Assembly: GCA_964016885.1 (NCBI GenBank)
Contig: OZ024742.1
Location: forward strand, 340,690,001 to 340,754,000
Reading direction: 5' to 3'
Source of the DNA: Eledone cirrhosa
Lineage: Eukaryota
DNA length: 64,000 bases
The position numbers were made by a program, and so were the translations under genes. Below are positions 27,540 to 41,582 of the stretch, one piece after another (positions within the stretch are counted from its first letter, which is position 1; every line of letters starts with the position of its first letter). The notes under the pieces are model-generated. The model was not told the origin of the DNA. It made no database searches and saw only the letters and a list, made by a program, of their open reading frames with translations.

Positions 27540-27850
27540 GGAGTTATCCCACTTTCCTGAGTTGCCTTCTCCTAGAATAATGCCCTGACAAAGGCTAGGG
27601 GTCCTTCACTCCCAGTGGTTTAACCGCGCGGTACATGTGTATATACATATTTACACACTTTTGGATGGCCGTTGACTCTTCTGAGTTCTTCCGCCCTTTG
27701 TCAGGTTTTGTTTTTTGTCCTGCAGGGTGTCCAAAATCACCCTCCTCACCAAGTAAACTTGGTGGGGTTGCCAGTTTAGTTGCCGACGACCCGACCATGC
27801 AACAGGTTGTACTGGGTTACATGGTACCAGTAGCACTCAAGAGTGATCCG
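27540..27850. repeat. Dispersed repeat (probable LINE UTR); inverted homologue at 35408-35680
   Basis: Shared GGTGGGGTTGCCAGTTTAGT...CGACCCGACCATG...TACCAGTAGCAC. Confidence 0.8.
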
Positions 27851-27937
27851 ACATACATATATACATATATACATATATACATATATACATATATACATAC
27901 ATCCATGCATATACACACACACACACACACACACACG

Positions 27938-27989
<52 letters not shown>

Positions 27990-28457
27990 CACATACACAC
28001 ACTCTCTCCTTGTCAATCTTACGATGTTTTTGTTTCTCAATTTTACTGGTTGGTTGTTTATATTTAGTTTTATTTCATATTTTAATCAGCCAATCAGTTT
28101 GAAAGTGAATCTGAAAGTAAAAGTGAAAAGTTTTCACCTTTAGGGAGACATCACTCTAGTTGGTGCCATACTTTACTACGATTACCACATCAGAAATAAC
28201 CCCATCTCCACATCATTCCCCAATATGTTATCTTCCCATTGGCCTTATTTTACCCTCCTCTCCTTTCACTCACACTCCCCACCACTCATTATGACGGCGA
28301 CCTCAATCAATATTAATTGCAAATAATAATAATGATGATAATGTTAATAACAACAACAACCATAACAACAATAAAGATCAGTGTCTCCGGACAGATGAAA
28401 AAATGAAAAACGCTACCCTAGTGACATAATAAATTACCAACAGACTGTGATAAGCAT

Positions 28458-28628
28458 CTAGTAGTAGTAGTGGTGGTGGTGGTGGTTGTGGTGGAGGTGG
28501 TGGTGGTGGTGGTGGTAGTGGTGGTGGTAGTGATGGTAATGGTGGTGGTAGTGATGGTGGTGGTGGTGGTGGTGGTAATGGTGGTGGTAGTGGTGGTGGT
28601 GGTGGTGGTAATGGTGGTGGTAGTGGTG

Positions 28629-28664
<36 letters not shown>

Positions 28665-28682
28665 GCAGTAGTAGTAGTAGTG

Positions 28683-28725
<43 letters not shown>
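28458..28725. repeat. (GTA/GTG)n trinucleotide tract
   Basis: Read directly. Confidence 0.95.
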
Positions 28726-29020
28726 ACAAGGGACTAATTATGAGACCAGGAACGAAATTATGAAACAACTACCATAACAGTATAAAAATAAATTAAGGTG
28801 ATGTTAAAGAGGAGGGGTTAGGGGGCTTGTGGTCTTGATGGTGGAAGTGGTGGGGTGGCGGGGGTTTATGGTCTTGATGGTGGAGGTGGTGGGGTGGTGG
28901 GGGTTTATGGTATTGATGGTGGTGAAGTGGTGGTGATGGTAAGAGAGGAGGATGATCAAAGCGGTTGCGGATGGTTATAATGGTGATAATGATGATGGGT
29001 GATGGTGATGATGATGATTG

Positions 29021-29074
<54 letters not shown>

Positions 29075-29460
29075 AAAAATAAATGAATAAAAATTGAAAA
29101 ATTAAAAAATAAAATATAAAAATTAATAATTATAATAATTCTTGTTTGTTGTTTTTCTTTTTCTTCTTACTATGACTATCATCATCATCATCATCATCAT
29201 CGTTATTGTTATTGTTACGATGATGACGACAGAGGTTCTTTTGACCTCCACCTTAGAGATTAGTCGTTACATCTCTCCCCTCCCAACCCCACATGCCGAC
29301 ACTGCTTCACCAACTTACGTCAAATGGTCCCACTATGTAAGTTTGACCTTAACGTCCATTGCTTAATTGGTCTGCTTCACCTGACCAATTCCTCATACAG
29401 CCATTGGAATCCAACTGTTCGATATCCTCTCTTGTCCTATCATCTCAACAACCATCTCTC

Positions 29461-29549
<89 letters not shown>

Positions 29550-29683
29550 CTTTCTCTATTTATATAAAACCATTAGGCACACACACACACATATATATAT
29601 ATATTTGTGCATATGTAGGTAATAAATATACATAAACATATATATACACACACACATATATATGTATCCATCTATCTCACTCT

Positions 29684-29741
<58 letters not shown>

Positions 29742-30031
29742 GCTCCATACTTCACAAGTTAGCGTCAATGATATACTTTATATAATAGTTTTACTGGGTG
29801 AATTTATTTCGTTTCAGATCTTGTTCACATTCTCGTAGCGATGCGTTATGTCCTTGAGCAATACGGTTTATTTCACTTGCTCCTTCTGGCTGGATTTGCG
29901 ACCGACAGATAGTAATAGCAATTGGAAAGACCAATGGAAACATTGTTTCTTCGGTCTGATTTAAAGAGCTCCACCCCACTCGTTAATCAAATGAGGCCTG
30001 GGATCTCGTCGATCGCCTGTCGACTGTCTAT

Positions 30032-30132
<101 letters not shown>

Positions 30133-30296
30133 GAGAGAGAAATATACACGGGTGTGTATGATTGTGTGTAGAAGATTATATTAATAAAAGGAATTCCAAC
30201 TTTGTCTGATTTACTCGTTTTATTTACAATCCTTTAAAATTATAATGGTATTAGAATGAAATAGTATGGTAGAATATTAAATGTTAAGTGTTAATT

Positions 30297-30333
30297 GAAC
30301 AAGTACTTTCAAGCTTTCGCAATCTTCAGGTTC
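30297..30333 (-). ncRNA. Minimal hammerhead motif
   Basis: gaac-CTGAAGA-ttgcgaaagctt-GAAA-gtac-TT-gttc. Confidence 0.55.
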
Positions 30334-30583
30334 ATATTGCGTGGTGACAGTCAAGTTTGGAATTTTCAACTGATTTATAACATATATATTATAAATCTTT
30401 AAGGAATTTCACCAGTCCAGCCTCCTGTCATTTTACTGTCAATTTTCTCGCACCACCAACAAGATTCAACATAAATGAAGATGGGTGAGTTGCATTACGT
30501 CGAGTGCTTTTCCTAATATTACATCACGGTTGACTATACGGAATGACCAGTTCTATCTAGTGGTGAACCAACAAACCTAAATG

Positions 30584-30635
<52 letters not shown>

Positions 30636-30677
30636 TATATATATATAAATATATATATATAATGTATATATATATAT

Positions 30678-30752
<75 letters not shown>

Positions 30753-31084
30753 TACAATAAATATAATGAATACAAAACTAAAATCCAAAGAAGACTCGAG
30801 TTTCAGATGATCCCGCTTAGCCACACGAAATTCATTTGACGACGAAGGATGAACAAGTCGCTATCTCTGTAACACTATGATGTGCTTGTAAAGCAACGAT
30901 TACAGCGGGTCTTTTCATTGGCTGTATGGATTTAATGCCTGGCATTATTTGTCTGGCAAAATTAAATAAAAATACAATCTAGGAATAAAAATATTAGAGC
31001 TCATGAAAAAGGTATCCGGAAACGACAGATCCCCCCTGTATATATACATATATACATACACAGAGACAGACACACACACAAAAG

Positions 31085-31115
<31 letters not shown>

Positions 31116-31462
31116 ACATACATACACACAAACACACACACACAAACACAAACACACACATATATATATATGTATATATATATATATCCTTCAATCGGTA
31201 TGTTTATTTTTTTCATTTTTTTCCTGTTTTTCCTTTTTTCTTCTCTCTTTCTTTTTTTTCCTCCCTCCTGGCCTTTTGATAGATAAAAGGCTATGGGCGC
31301 GCTACGGATAGATGTATAGTTCATATTGCGCTGAAACGTGACCCGTAGTAAACTATTGACGAAGGGAGACTGTTCACCTCTTGTTTGTGTTTCCTTATCT
31401 TCTAACACCCGTTATCAGTAACCACACAGCCCCTCCTCTCGTCCATATTTTTATACACACAA

Positions 31463-31500
<38 letters not shown>

Positions 31501-31689
31501 AGTCAGGTCCCCGACGGCTGAGCTCTGGCCGTTTCGACAGCTAGATATGAACGAAGCTCAGCAGACGGGGTCCTGACGCTTTTTATATTACCCAATCTAC
31601 TACCCCAAGTATTGAATACTCTGGTGCATTATGGTCTACCTGGTATCTTACCACACTCTCTTTGTTTATATGTATATATATATATATAT

Positions 31690-32105
31690 CTAGGGCGGGT
31701 AAAATTCCCGAGATCCCGAGATCCATGGACGACTTCACTCCAGCGGTCTCTGTGCGTCTCCAAGAGACCAGTGTCTGTCCTTAGGGCATCAACATATGTT
31801 AACCTCGGTCTTCCTCTTGCATTGTGTCTATGAAGATCTTACAGGCTTATGGAATCCCGAGAAGATAGTGGACTTGATATCACTGCGCTGCACCAACACC
31901 AAAGCCCAAGTCATTACACCTGATGGGATGACAGCTTTCTTTGAGATACTGGCTGGAGTGCTCCATGGATATATATTGGCTCCCTATCTTTTTATCATCG
32001 CAGTGGATTATTGTATGCGCCTTGCGCTGGAGAAACACCAGGACTCTGGCTTTACTGTAACACCGGCTCAGAGCAGGAGAGTTAAGGCGAAAAAGATATC
32101 GGATG
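31690..32105. mobile_element. RTE-clade LINE fragment with an internal inversion
   Basis: + strand TPDGMTAFFEILAGVLHGYILAPYLFIIAVDY; - strand 31690-31830 gives the RTE-like C-terminus RGRPRLTYVDALRTDTGL...DRW. Confidence 0.75.
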
Positions 32106-33482
32106 TATATATATATATATATACACAAATGTGACATAAATATGTTAGAATTATGTACTTCTCAACAACCTCAATAGACATTATCCGGAGAAGACACAGT
32201 ATATTGTATATATACTAACACATATTTTCCTCTGTAATATGTATTTAGTATATATACGATATACTGTGTTTTCTCTGAATATATGATTTTTTCTCTACAT
32301 TTGACATATATATATATATGTTCTTAGGAAGTAATATGGCGCTGAGTGCTAGAAGTGAATTGCATCCTTGTATAGCGAATATTATTAGCTCCCCATGTTG
32401 AGCGCCCGTTGATACAATCCGATCTGATGAAGTAAGGCAAACTACATCCCAGGATACGCCAACTGTTGGGCACACTTAACGATTTACTATGGAACAAATT
32501 TTGAACGGATCAATGAGAGAACCAAAAGCAACAACTACCTCTTATTCTCCATATAACACCCTGGAAGGCAGATCTCCTGTCGGGTTCCATCCCACCTCAT
32601 ATAGCCATGGACAGCCTGTGAGGTTCACTGGGCTGCAACTGCACGGACCAAAACACCCGAAGCACTGTCAATATAACTGACTCTCTATAACTCGCTCCCA
32701 CTCAGACATTTATCACGGATTATTCCTTGTATTTTTTCCTTTTTTTCCTTCTATGTTTCCTGCATTTCCTCTCCTTCATTCTCTCTATAAGTCTTTTTTT
32801 ACCTTATATTCGTATTTTTCCTCTTTATTTTATTCTCCCTTACTTGTACATTTTCCCTTAAATCATCAATGTATTATTTGTCTCCACCGGATTGACCGGG
32901 ATACCAACTGTAGGATTGTTTAATTTTTACATTCGTTACATTAGATACTTTAGATATTACCTGTCATCCACAACAAGGGGCGAGATACTATTCTTATTCT
33001 TAACATATTCACTGTTGTCTAGTTGTCTGGACTCCTAACTTTTAACTTTTAATGTTTGAAATTTCGAAATTTTTTCCGGTTGTGAAAAATATTTTCTATG
33101 ATAAGTTATATTAACCATTGCAGAAGGGAACTTTCTCGCTCTGGGGTGATTATCCCGCCATACACGGATAGCGGATACAAATGCACCGAAATCCTACTGG
33201 TTGCCAAAGCTAGCAGTAAATTTTGGCTGGCTTGAACTCCGATTGACCATATCGAGTTGTTGGCTGAGGAGATGGAGGGCTGGTAGATAGAGAAACAAAC
33301 AAGGTTGGCAGTATTCTGGGTGTAGGTCAAGTAGTCAACCAAACATCCCTGCGACTGCGCAGTGTTGTCGAGATGACTTGAAACCAGAAGGGGGCGGACA
33401 ACCAGAGCAAAAACACAATTCTTTTCGTCCGCTCCCTTCCACATAAAATTTCCACAGAAATGTTACCTTTTAATTAATTTTT

Positions 33483-33533
33483 GCTGTCTGAAGAGATCAC
33501 GATGTTTATCGTCATTGAAATATGTATAACGGC
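33483..33533 (+). ncRNA. Minimal type I hammerhead
   Basis: gctgt-CTGAAGA-gatcacgatgtttatcgtcatt-GAAA-tatgta-TA-acggc. Confidence 0.75.
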
Positions 33534-33703
33534 TCAATTAATAAAGGACTCTAACATCTTCAACCTCGCATTTCCATCTTTATTAATATACTCCGTCACG
33601 TGACGGAGGATATTAATAAAGATGAAAATACGAAGTTGAAGATTTCGTCCAGAATTAGCCGTCGAAACGGCTTGAGCTCTGCCGTCGGGGACATACTTGT
33701 TCC

Positions 33704-33734
<31 letters not shown>

Positions 33735-33735
<1 letters not shown>

Positions 33736-33983
33736 TTGGCCCCGCTCTCTTTAACATTACACCAAAACACATTAAAACAGAAACAGATCCCATAAAGATC
33801 CAGACGTCTTTGGACAAATTCCTTCAAGAAATCCCGGATAAAACTCCTACACGCCGATATGTAAACAATATCACCCTACTTGAGTGGGCCATGGTGTCCA
33901 AATCCTGATTTGAAAGACTTCGCCAGGTGGTGGTATTAAGTTAGACATGGCCTGGGCCAATACTGGCCGAAACCTATCAAAGT

Positions 33984-33985
<2 letters not shown>
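33735..33985 (+). mobile_element. LINE 3' end fragment (CR1/L2-like)
   Basis: GPALFNITPKHIK...LDKFLQEIPDKTP followed by a short UTR. Confidence 0.55.
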
Positions 33986-34045
<60 letters not shown>

Positions 34046-34200
34046 CGAAACATAAGTCAATTGCATGAACTCATAATCCTTTATTTACTGCTATATATAT
34101 TTTGATGATAGCCATTGAATGGCTATGACCTCATCAGGCAGTTAGTCAGTTCTTAGATATGCCAGCTCTGTGTTTATAGTGTTGATGGTATCAGAGCCTG

Positions 34201-34275
<75 letters not shown>

Positions 34276-34840
34276 ATTTAAGTTGTTAACCTTGGTCTTT
34301 TGTCATATATATATATTGTAATTAGAAATGATTAGTCGAATACATCGACCTCATACTTGACTGTTACCGTAATAATTGTTTCTACTTTTGGCACAAGGCC
34401 AGCAATTACCCCAGTGTATTACTGGTACTTTATTTTATCAACCCCGTAAAGATGAAAGGCAAAGTTAACCTCGACGGGATTTGAACTAGAAAGCATGGCG
34501 TCTGCACCTCTACCGGTACTGCCAATCCACCGCCCATTGTGACCTTAATAATATCGAACACTGAAGTACGAAAGTTAACTTTAACCTTGACGTTATTGGA
34601 ACTCAGTACAATAATATCGACCTCTGTTATCATAATCATCACTATCATCAATAACAACATCAACAATGTCATCGACATAAATATCATCAACAACAATATC
34701 ATCATCATCATCATCATCATCACGGTGAACAAGCAGCACAATCATTCCATTCCCTTGTGGACTTCACTTGGAAGAGCTCCAGTGAACACCAGTTGTCGTT
34801 CGTTTTCTGCTCTATGGAAGCAGTAAATTAGAGAGGGAAA

Positions 34841-34907
<67 letters not shown>

Positions 34908-35269
34908 TGTGTGTGTGTGTGTGTGTGTGGATATGCGTGTATATATATTTACATATATAAATATATATATATATATATTGAGAGACAGATATATATATAT
35001 ATATTATATATGTATATATATATAGAACCAAAATGGCGTAGGACAGAACAAAGGAGAGGCACAGAAACAAAGAAAGGAATCCCCAGTCACTGAAGAGGTC
35101 ACATTGTGTGTGACGAAAGAACTATGACAATATATAAACAACTATCTGGTTGTGGAACCAACCAACCAACCAGAAATTTATAAATTTATTATAAATTTAT
35201 TATAATAAATTGAAGTGAAAGCAACTGGTGCGTGTGTTTCTTATTGGCAACATGACCCTCCGTAAGTAT

Positions 35270-35335
<66 letters not shown>

Positions 35336-35365
35336 ATATATATATATATACAAACATATATATGC

Positions 35366-35405
<40 letters not shown>

Positions 35406-36444
35406 CAGGTCACCAGTTGGTGCTACTGGTAACATGTATCCCAGTACAACCTGTCTCATGGTCGGGTCGTTGACGACTAAACTGGCAACCCCACCAAGGT
35501 TTCTTGGTGAGGAGGGTGACTTTGGACATCCTGCAGGACTAAAAACACAACCTGTCAAAGGGCAAAGGAGCTCTTAAGAGTCAATGGCCATCCAAAATCA
35601 CCGGGAGAGATGACCCCTTAGCCTTTGTCAAGGCAGAATTCTATGAGAAGGAAAACTCTGATGTAACACCTGCAACCCTGATGGTATCCAATGATGTTGA
35701 CTTGTTCTTCTTTTTGGTAAATATCATCTTGGTTAAGAGAGTGGGGCTGGCTTTGTGCAGAGCCTTTGCTCACTATAAAAGCTTCACGGCACAGGCATTG
35801 CTTTATATCTGGAGATCTCTCTGCACTTGTCGTCACATGGTACCATGGGCCCAGCACTATGTGTCAATAATTGTCACAAGTGTAGTGTTTGTACCAGAGT
35901 TTTCAAGTCGCTGGCTGGACTAAAAAGTCACACTCGTTCAGCGTATCGGTAGGGGTTCTCCTACTTGGATATAAAGTAGTGGCCGTACTCGAAAACGAGT
36001 TGGCAGCCACCATATAGATATATATATATATACAAGCAAATTATAAACGTAAACATGTAAGTATGTTTTTGAAACGGTGCGCGAGTTTGAAATTAGAAAT
36101 TAGAAGCTTTCACCGTATTTTAGATTAAAGAAATGTCTAGCCTGATAGTGGGGTTTATAACCCTCGGAGAAATGGAAAAAGATGAGTGTTGCCGTACATG
36201 GGAGTCGAACCCACATCTTTGGTTATCCAGACCACTGTGCTACCATTACACAAATACACATCCCGTCTCCTTCCATTCGAATTAGAAGCTATGAACTTAG
36301 CAAGTGAAAGCTTATAATTTCTAATTTCTAATTTCAAACTCGCGCACCGTTTCAAAAACATATTTACATGTGTACGTTTATAATTTGCTTGTTTATCATT
36401 CACTTGCTAAGTTCATAGCTTCTAATTCGAATGGAAGGAGACGG

Positions 36445-36517
36445 GATGTGTATTGGTGTAATGGTAGCACAGTGGTCTGGATAACCAAAGATGTGGGTTC
36501 GACTCCCATGTACGGCA
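36445..36517 (+). other. tRNA-like sequence (pseudogene or SINE head), inverted copy at ~36190-36262
   Basis: A box TGGTGTAATGG, arm TGGT-CTGGATA-ACCA, T arm GTGGG-TTCGACT-CCCAT, T5 tract downstream; acceptor stem imperfect. Confidence 0.6.
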
Positions 36518-36648
36518 ACACTCATCTTTTTCCATTTCTCCGAGGCTTATAAACCCCACTATCAGGCTAGAAATTTCTTTAGTCTAAAATACGGTGAAAG
36601 CTTATAATTTCTAATTTCTAATATATATATATATATATATATATTGAT

Positions 36649-36692
<44 letters not shown>

Positions 36693-36743
36693 TATATATA
36701 TATATATATTCATATATACATATTCATATATATATATATATAA

Positions 36744-36932
36744 AGGCACGTGGCTGAGTGGTTGGAGTATTGGATTCGCAATCGTGAGGTTGTGAGCTCG
36801 ATTCCCAGACCGGGTGATGCGTTATGTCCTTGAGCAAGTCACTTTATTTCACGTTGCTCCTTCTACCTGGAGTTGCGACCGATAGATAGTATTAGCAATT
36901 GGAGACATTGGTTCCTCGGTCCAATTTGACGA
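36744..36932 (+). mobile_element. tRNA-derived SINE family 2 with a CORE-like domain
   Basis: TGGCTGAGTGG...GCTCGATTCC head, then GTCCTTGAGCAAGTCACTTTA; copies at about 22888-23100 (-), 29835-29960, 39190-39380, 40638-40962. Confidence 0.78.
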
Positions 36933-37623
36933 ATGTATGTATATATGTATATATATATCGTGTTTGAGCTCTGCTGATGAACGGTTCCAACCGTAACCAT
37001 CCCCACTGAAAGTTTCGCGAAATAGTCTTTTTAAGACTATACAGAGCATTTGTAGTTGTTCCAAATTGAAGGATGAGTATTTAGACTTTGTTTTATTCTG
37101 AGTTAGGGCTCAATTGATTTTCCCCTGGATTTCACAAAATTCTATGGATTAATCTATGTCTTGATTTTTTTTAAATTGAGTTTGATTTATTTTCCCACAT
37201 CTTACGTTAATTATTTTTCCATGTTGATGTTATGAAATACTGTTGGTTTCACGCTCATAACAATTTCTATACTTTAATTTATATGTATATAAGTATATAT
37301 ATAATTTATATGTATATATATATGTGTGTGTGTGTGTGTGTATGTTGCTAGCAGTAAATATATATTTCTAGCTGCTGTAAATAAACGGAGACACTGCCTT
37401 ATACAGATATATATACCCACACACGCCACACACTCGCCATACACTCGCCACACACTCACAAAGATACACACACTCACATGTAGCCTTATTCAACTAGCTT
37501 GAATAATTTTCTGTCTGCTTGGTTTCAATCAACTGTGTCATTTTTATCATAGACACTCCGTCTCTATAAGTCTATCTCTCCACCTCACCCTCTTAATCAC
37601 TTTTTTCATATTGCGTTTCACGC

Positions 37624-37718
<95 letters not shown>

Positions 37719-39413
37719 CTCTCTCCCTTCATATCTATCCTAGTTTATTAACTCTTAATATCCTGTAATGTGAAAATGTTTTGGTGACCAGGTCACAAAG
37801 ATAGTTATAACAATCCTGATTTTAGAAGAAGAAGAAGAAGAAGAAGGAGAAGGAGAAGAAGAAGAAGAAGAAGAAGAAGAAGAAGAAGAAGAAGAAGAAG
37901 AAGAAGAAGAAGAAGAATGATATATATATATAATGTATTGCGTATCGTTTTTATTTGATTTCATGTGGCTAAAATTCTTCCAGTAGCAACTGTTATAATT
38001 TTCACACACGGAGTCAGATCAAGTTACATGTCAAACAAGTTTAACTCCGTATTCCTGTAATGACTTGGCAGAAAATAACTAAAAATGGGTTTGTTGATTA
38101 AAATATGTAGAGTGTGTTTACTAGTTAATTCAAATATTCGAATAGTTATACTGTTTACGATCGTTGTGAACATTTACAATGCTGAAGCAAACTATATAAA
38201 TGTCATGTGATGCATTACTTTCCAAGAATGTCTTGCTAATGTGGCTTCATGTGGTTTATCACTTTAAATCTAAACAGCGTCCAGAATATATTTTTTTATC
38301 CCGTTTGTAAAATAAGTTGGATTACTTTGAATAAATAATGAATGAATATTACATAATTTATCTACTAAATTTCGTTATTCTTGATTAAATATAAATAATT
38401 GTGTTGGCTATTTTAAGATTCACTTCTTTAAAAGTTTCACATGTCAACACTTCCGGTTAGCGATCGCTTAAATAAACAGTCATATATTTCCTTCACTAAT
38501 TTTCTCCTAATGCAGTTTATATATAATATCGTCTTTTTTAAGGTATCATGGATTACGTTACTGATTACATAAGACAGTGTAACGCAGTCTTCGTACAATT
38601 TCTGTGTATATTGTCAATTATGATTTTATTTGATGCATCATATCTACATGCATATATACTTGCGTATAATATCAATATGCACACTACACATGCTAGCAGA
38701 AAACCACCCGAAAGGTGGTCTTTCTTCTAGTGTTTATAATGTCTTCACAAATGGACAGATTTTTGTGAAAATTTGCAGTGTTAGAATAAAAACTATACTT
38801 TTAAATGTAATGCAATCAGTGCTGTTTTATACAGCATTTTATTGTGGTTTCATACGTTTTAAGCCAAATGCTTGCAATATCTGTACGAGTCAACAGATTT
38901 TCGTGAATATTTGAAACATTAAAACAAATAATTTACTTTGTAATGTAATGCAGTTATAGTACTGTTTTGTGCTTTTTCAAGATTATTTTGCTAATGCAGA
39001 GTCATGTACAAGGCATTAACAGTTAAATATGGTATGTCGAAATATATTTTGGTTTGGTACCAAGGGTATATGTTTCAAACCAGAAATATTTTCCACAGTT
39101 TGTCAATATTCGTTGAGCTCTTTTGTTATTTTGACTTTAATATCATTTAATATGTACTCTGTTCCGCGTGGGAAGGTTTCAAGGCTCATCGATTAGAATG
39201 TTCGATTCACGATCGTAAAATCATGCGTTCAATACACGTCGATGCGTTATGTCCTTCAGCAAGACACTTTCTTTGGCGTTGCTCCAACCCACTCAGGTGA
39301 CAAAAATGGGATGTACGTGGAGTTCAAGAGAGCAGAATTATTACACTGTGTCACACTGAATCTCCAAAACTACGTTAAAGAAACACTCTAACCATTATGT
39401 CATGCACATTCAA

Positions 39414-40627
39414 TCTATATATATAAAACTGAGGTTGTCTGTCTGTCTATCGATTTTTGGCACACATCTCCTCTTAGAATCTCTCACGGAATTGCACCGA
39501 AATTGCTATACTTGTACATTGAGCCCTAGCGAAGACATCGGAAAAAAAATATTTCAAATTGACCCGCCCTATCTGACGAAATCGAATATAATGTATCGAT
39601 TTTTGAGCGTAAGTGATCAGTTATTTCCCTTTGTTCTGTTTACATTCAGCGTAGCGTCTTACGTTCTCTTTACATTTTCTGCGTGCAAAAATTAAAAAAA
39701 TGATTTCCCTTTGTTCTGTTTACATTCAGCGTAGCGTCTTACGTTCTGTTTACATTTTCTGCGTGCAAAAATTAAAAAAATTACGCTGGCAAAAATTAAA
39801 AAAATTACGCTGGCTTTCTCAGCGTTTAAAATGACATTAACACAATACACGAACAGTTGTCGAGCCAGCAAAATTTTGACCTGCAAAATTCATCAGTTCG
39901 AACACTAAGCTTCCGTTTTGCTTCATTTCCATTTAAAAGCCTTTTAAAACAATATTTTTACTTGAAAACAAGTCTATTTAAAGACTACGTAAAACAAGCA
40001 AAAATTTCGTAAAAAAAAGCAAAAATTATATAAGTTTATTTAAAATATATGTATCTGTAAATTTCGTTAGGCGTGCAGACAGACAGTCGGCAGACAGACA
40101 GTCGTGCAGAGAGGTGATATAGGCGTGCAGACAGACAGTCGTGCAGAGAGGTGATATAGGCGTGCAGACAGACAGTCGTGCAGAGAGGTGATATAGGCGT
40201 GCAGACAGACAGTCGTGCAGAGAGTTGATATAGGCGTGCAGACAGACAGTCGTGCAGAGAGGTGATATAGGCGTGCAGACAGACAGTTGTGCAGAGAGGT
40301 GATATAGGCGTGCAGACAGACATAACTGATAATTTGGTTACGCTAATGTTTTTCTCTGCGTTGCAGTGTTTACATTTTCGATCTTTGTTAATAAATAACC
40401 AGTGCAGTTTCTATCCCCAGCATCCTCTTTTGTTATAACATTCGGGTTATCGTTATGTTTTCTTAACTTCATAAGGCATATTGTTGGTTGAGGGAATATT
40501 AATCAAAAACACCACATGCAAGTCTGCACAGTAGACACTACAGTTTTTAAGCCAAAAAAGAAACTTAACATTGTAACTTTAACACAGCTACTGAGCGACC
40601 CCGAGCAATGCCGGGCTTTACTGCTAG
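39414..40627 (+). mobile_element. Non-autonomous Helitron
   Basis: 5' TCTATATATATAAAA after A; 3' hairpin CCCG-AGCAATGC-CGGG then CTAG before T; internal tandem repeats. Confidence 0.82.
40069..40320. repeat. 37-bp minisatellite, ~7 copies, inside the Helitron
   Basis: Unit AGGCGTGCAGACAGACAGTCGTGCAGAGAGGTGATAT. Confidence 0.95.
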
Positions 40628-40963
40628 TATTATATATAGGCGTATGGCTTAGTGGTTAGAGCGTCAGGCTTACAATCGTGAGATTGTGTGTTTGATTCTC
40701 GGACCGGGCTTTGCGTTGTGTTCTTCAGCAATACACTTTATTTCACGCTTCTCCAGTTCACTCAGCTGTAGAAATGAGTTGCACCGTCACTGGAGCCAAG
40801 CTGTATCGGACAATGCCTTTCCCTTGGACAACATCGGTGGTGTGGAGAAGAGAGACTGGTATGTATGAGCAACTGCTGGCTTTCCACAAACAATCTTGCC
40901 CAGACTTGTGCCTTGAGGTGCAAATTCCATGATCATTCGAGACCGAAAGAGGTCTTCACCCTT

Positions 40964-40995
<32 letters not shown>

Positions 40996-41398
40996 GAGGT
41001 GTGTGTGAGTGTAGTGTAAGCCATTCTACATAAGCCTTTTTATTTGTAAACTTTCTACTCCAACCATAATTCTCATTAGCACCACTCCACATAAATTCAT
41101 CAATTTAAGAATGACCTGTAGTATCTATTTCATACTATTAACCTTATTTGAATATATATCTGACCAAGAATGCCTTTTGTGAAAATCAGTCGTCATCTTG
41201 CCTGATGGTTTGAACCCTACAGAACCACCTGCCTCTTTGAGGTCAAATACCAACCTACTACCATCTACAAACTGACCAATGAGAATCAAGACTATTCCTG
41301 CTGACAACATCAAAATATTCCTAACAAGCTCATATATCCCAAGGCTCTGATACCATCAACACTATAAACACAGAGCTGGCATATCTAAGAATTGACTA

Positions 41399-41454
41399 AC
41401 GGCCTGATGAGATCATAGCCATTCAATGGCTATCATCGAAATATATATAGCAGT
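41399..41454 (+). ncRNA. Minimal hammerhead, family C (also 34087-34142 -, 48465-48519 -)
   Basis: gc-CTGATGA-gatcatagccattcaatggctatcatc-GAAA-tatata-TA-gcagt; the 48465 copy has a different but still paired stem II (cagcca/tggctg). Confidence 0.78.
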
Positions 41455-41495
41455 AAATAAAGGATTATGAGTTCATGCAATTGACTTATGTTTCG

Positions 41496-41582
<87 letters not shown>

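Noticed and set aside
33106-33444. Host exon (112-aa ORF)
   Set aside because: No recognisable domain, and it lies just upstream of an HHR in probable PLE sequence
36445-36517. Functional tRNA gene
   Set aside because: The acceptor stem pairs poorly and the sequence is embedded in a rearranged repeat
36968-37025. Hammerheads at CTGATGA 36974 and at 355-400 (-)
   Set aside because: Core words are present but I could not form convincing stems
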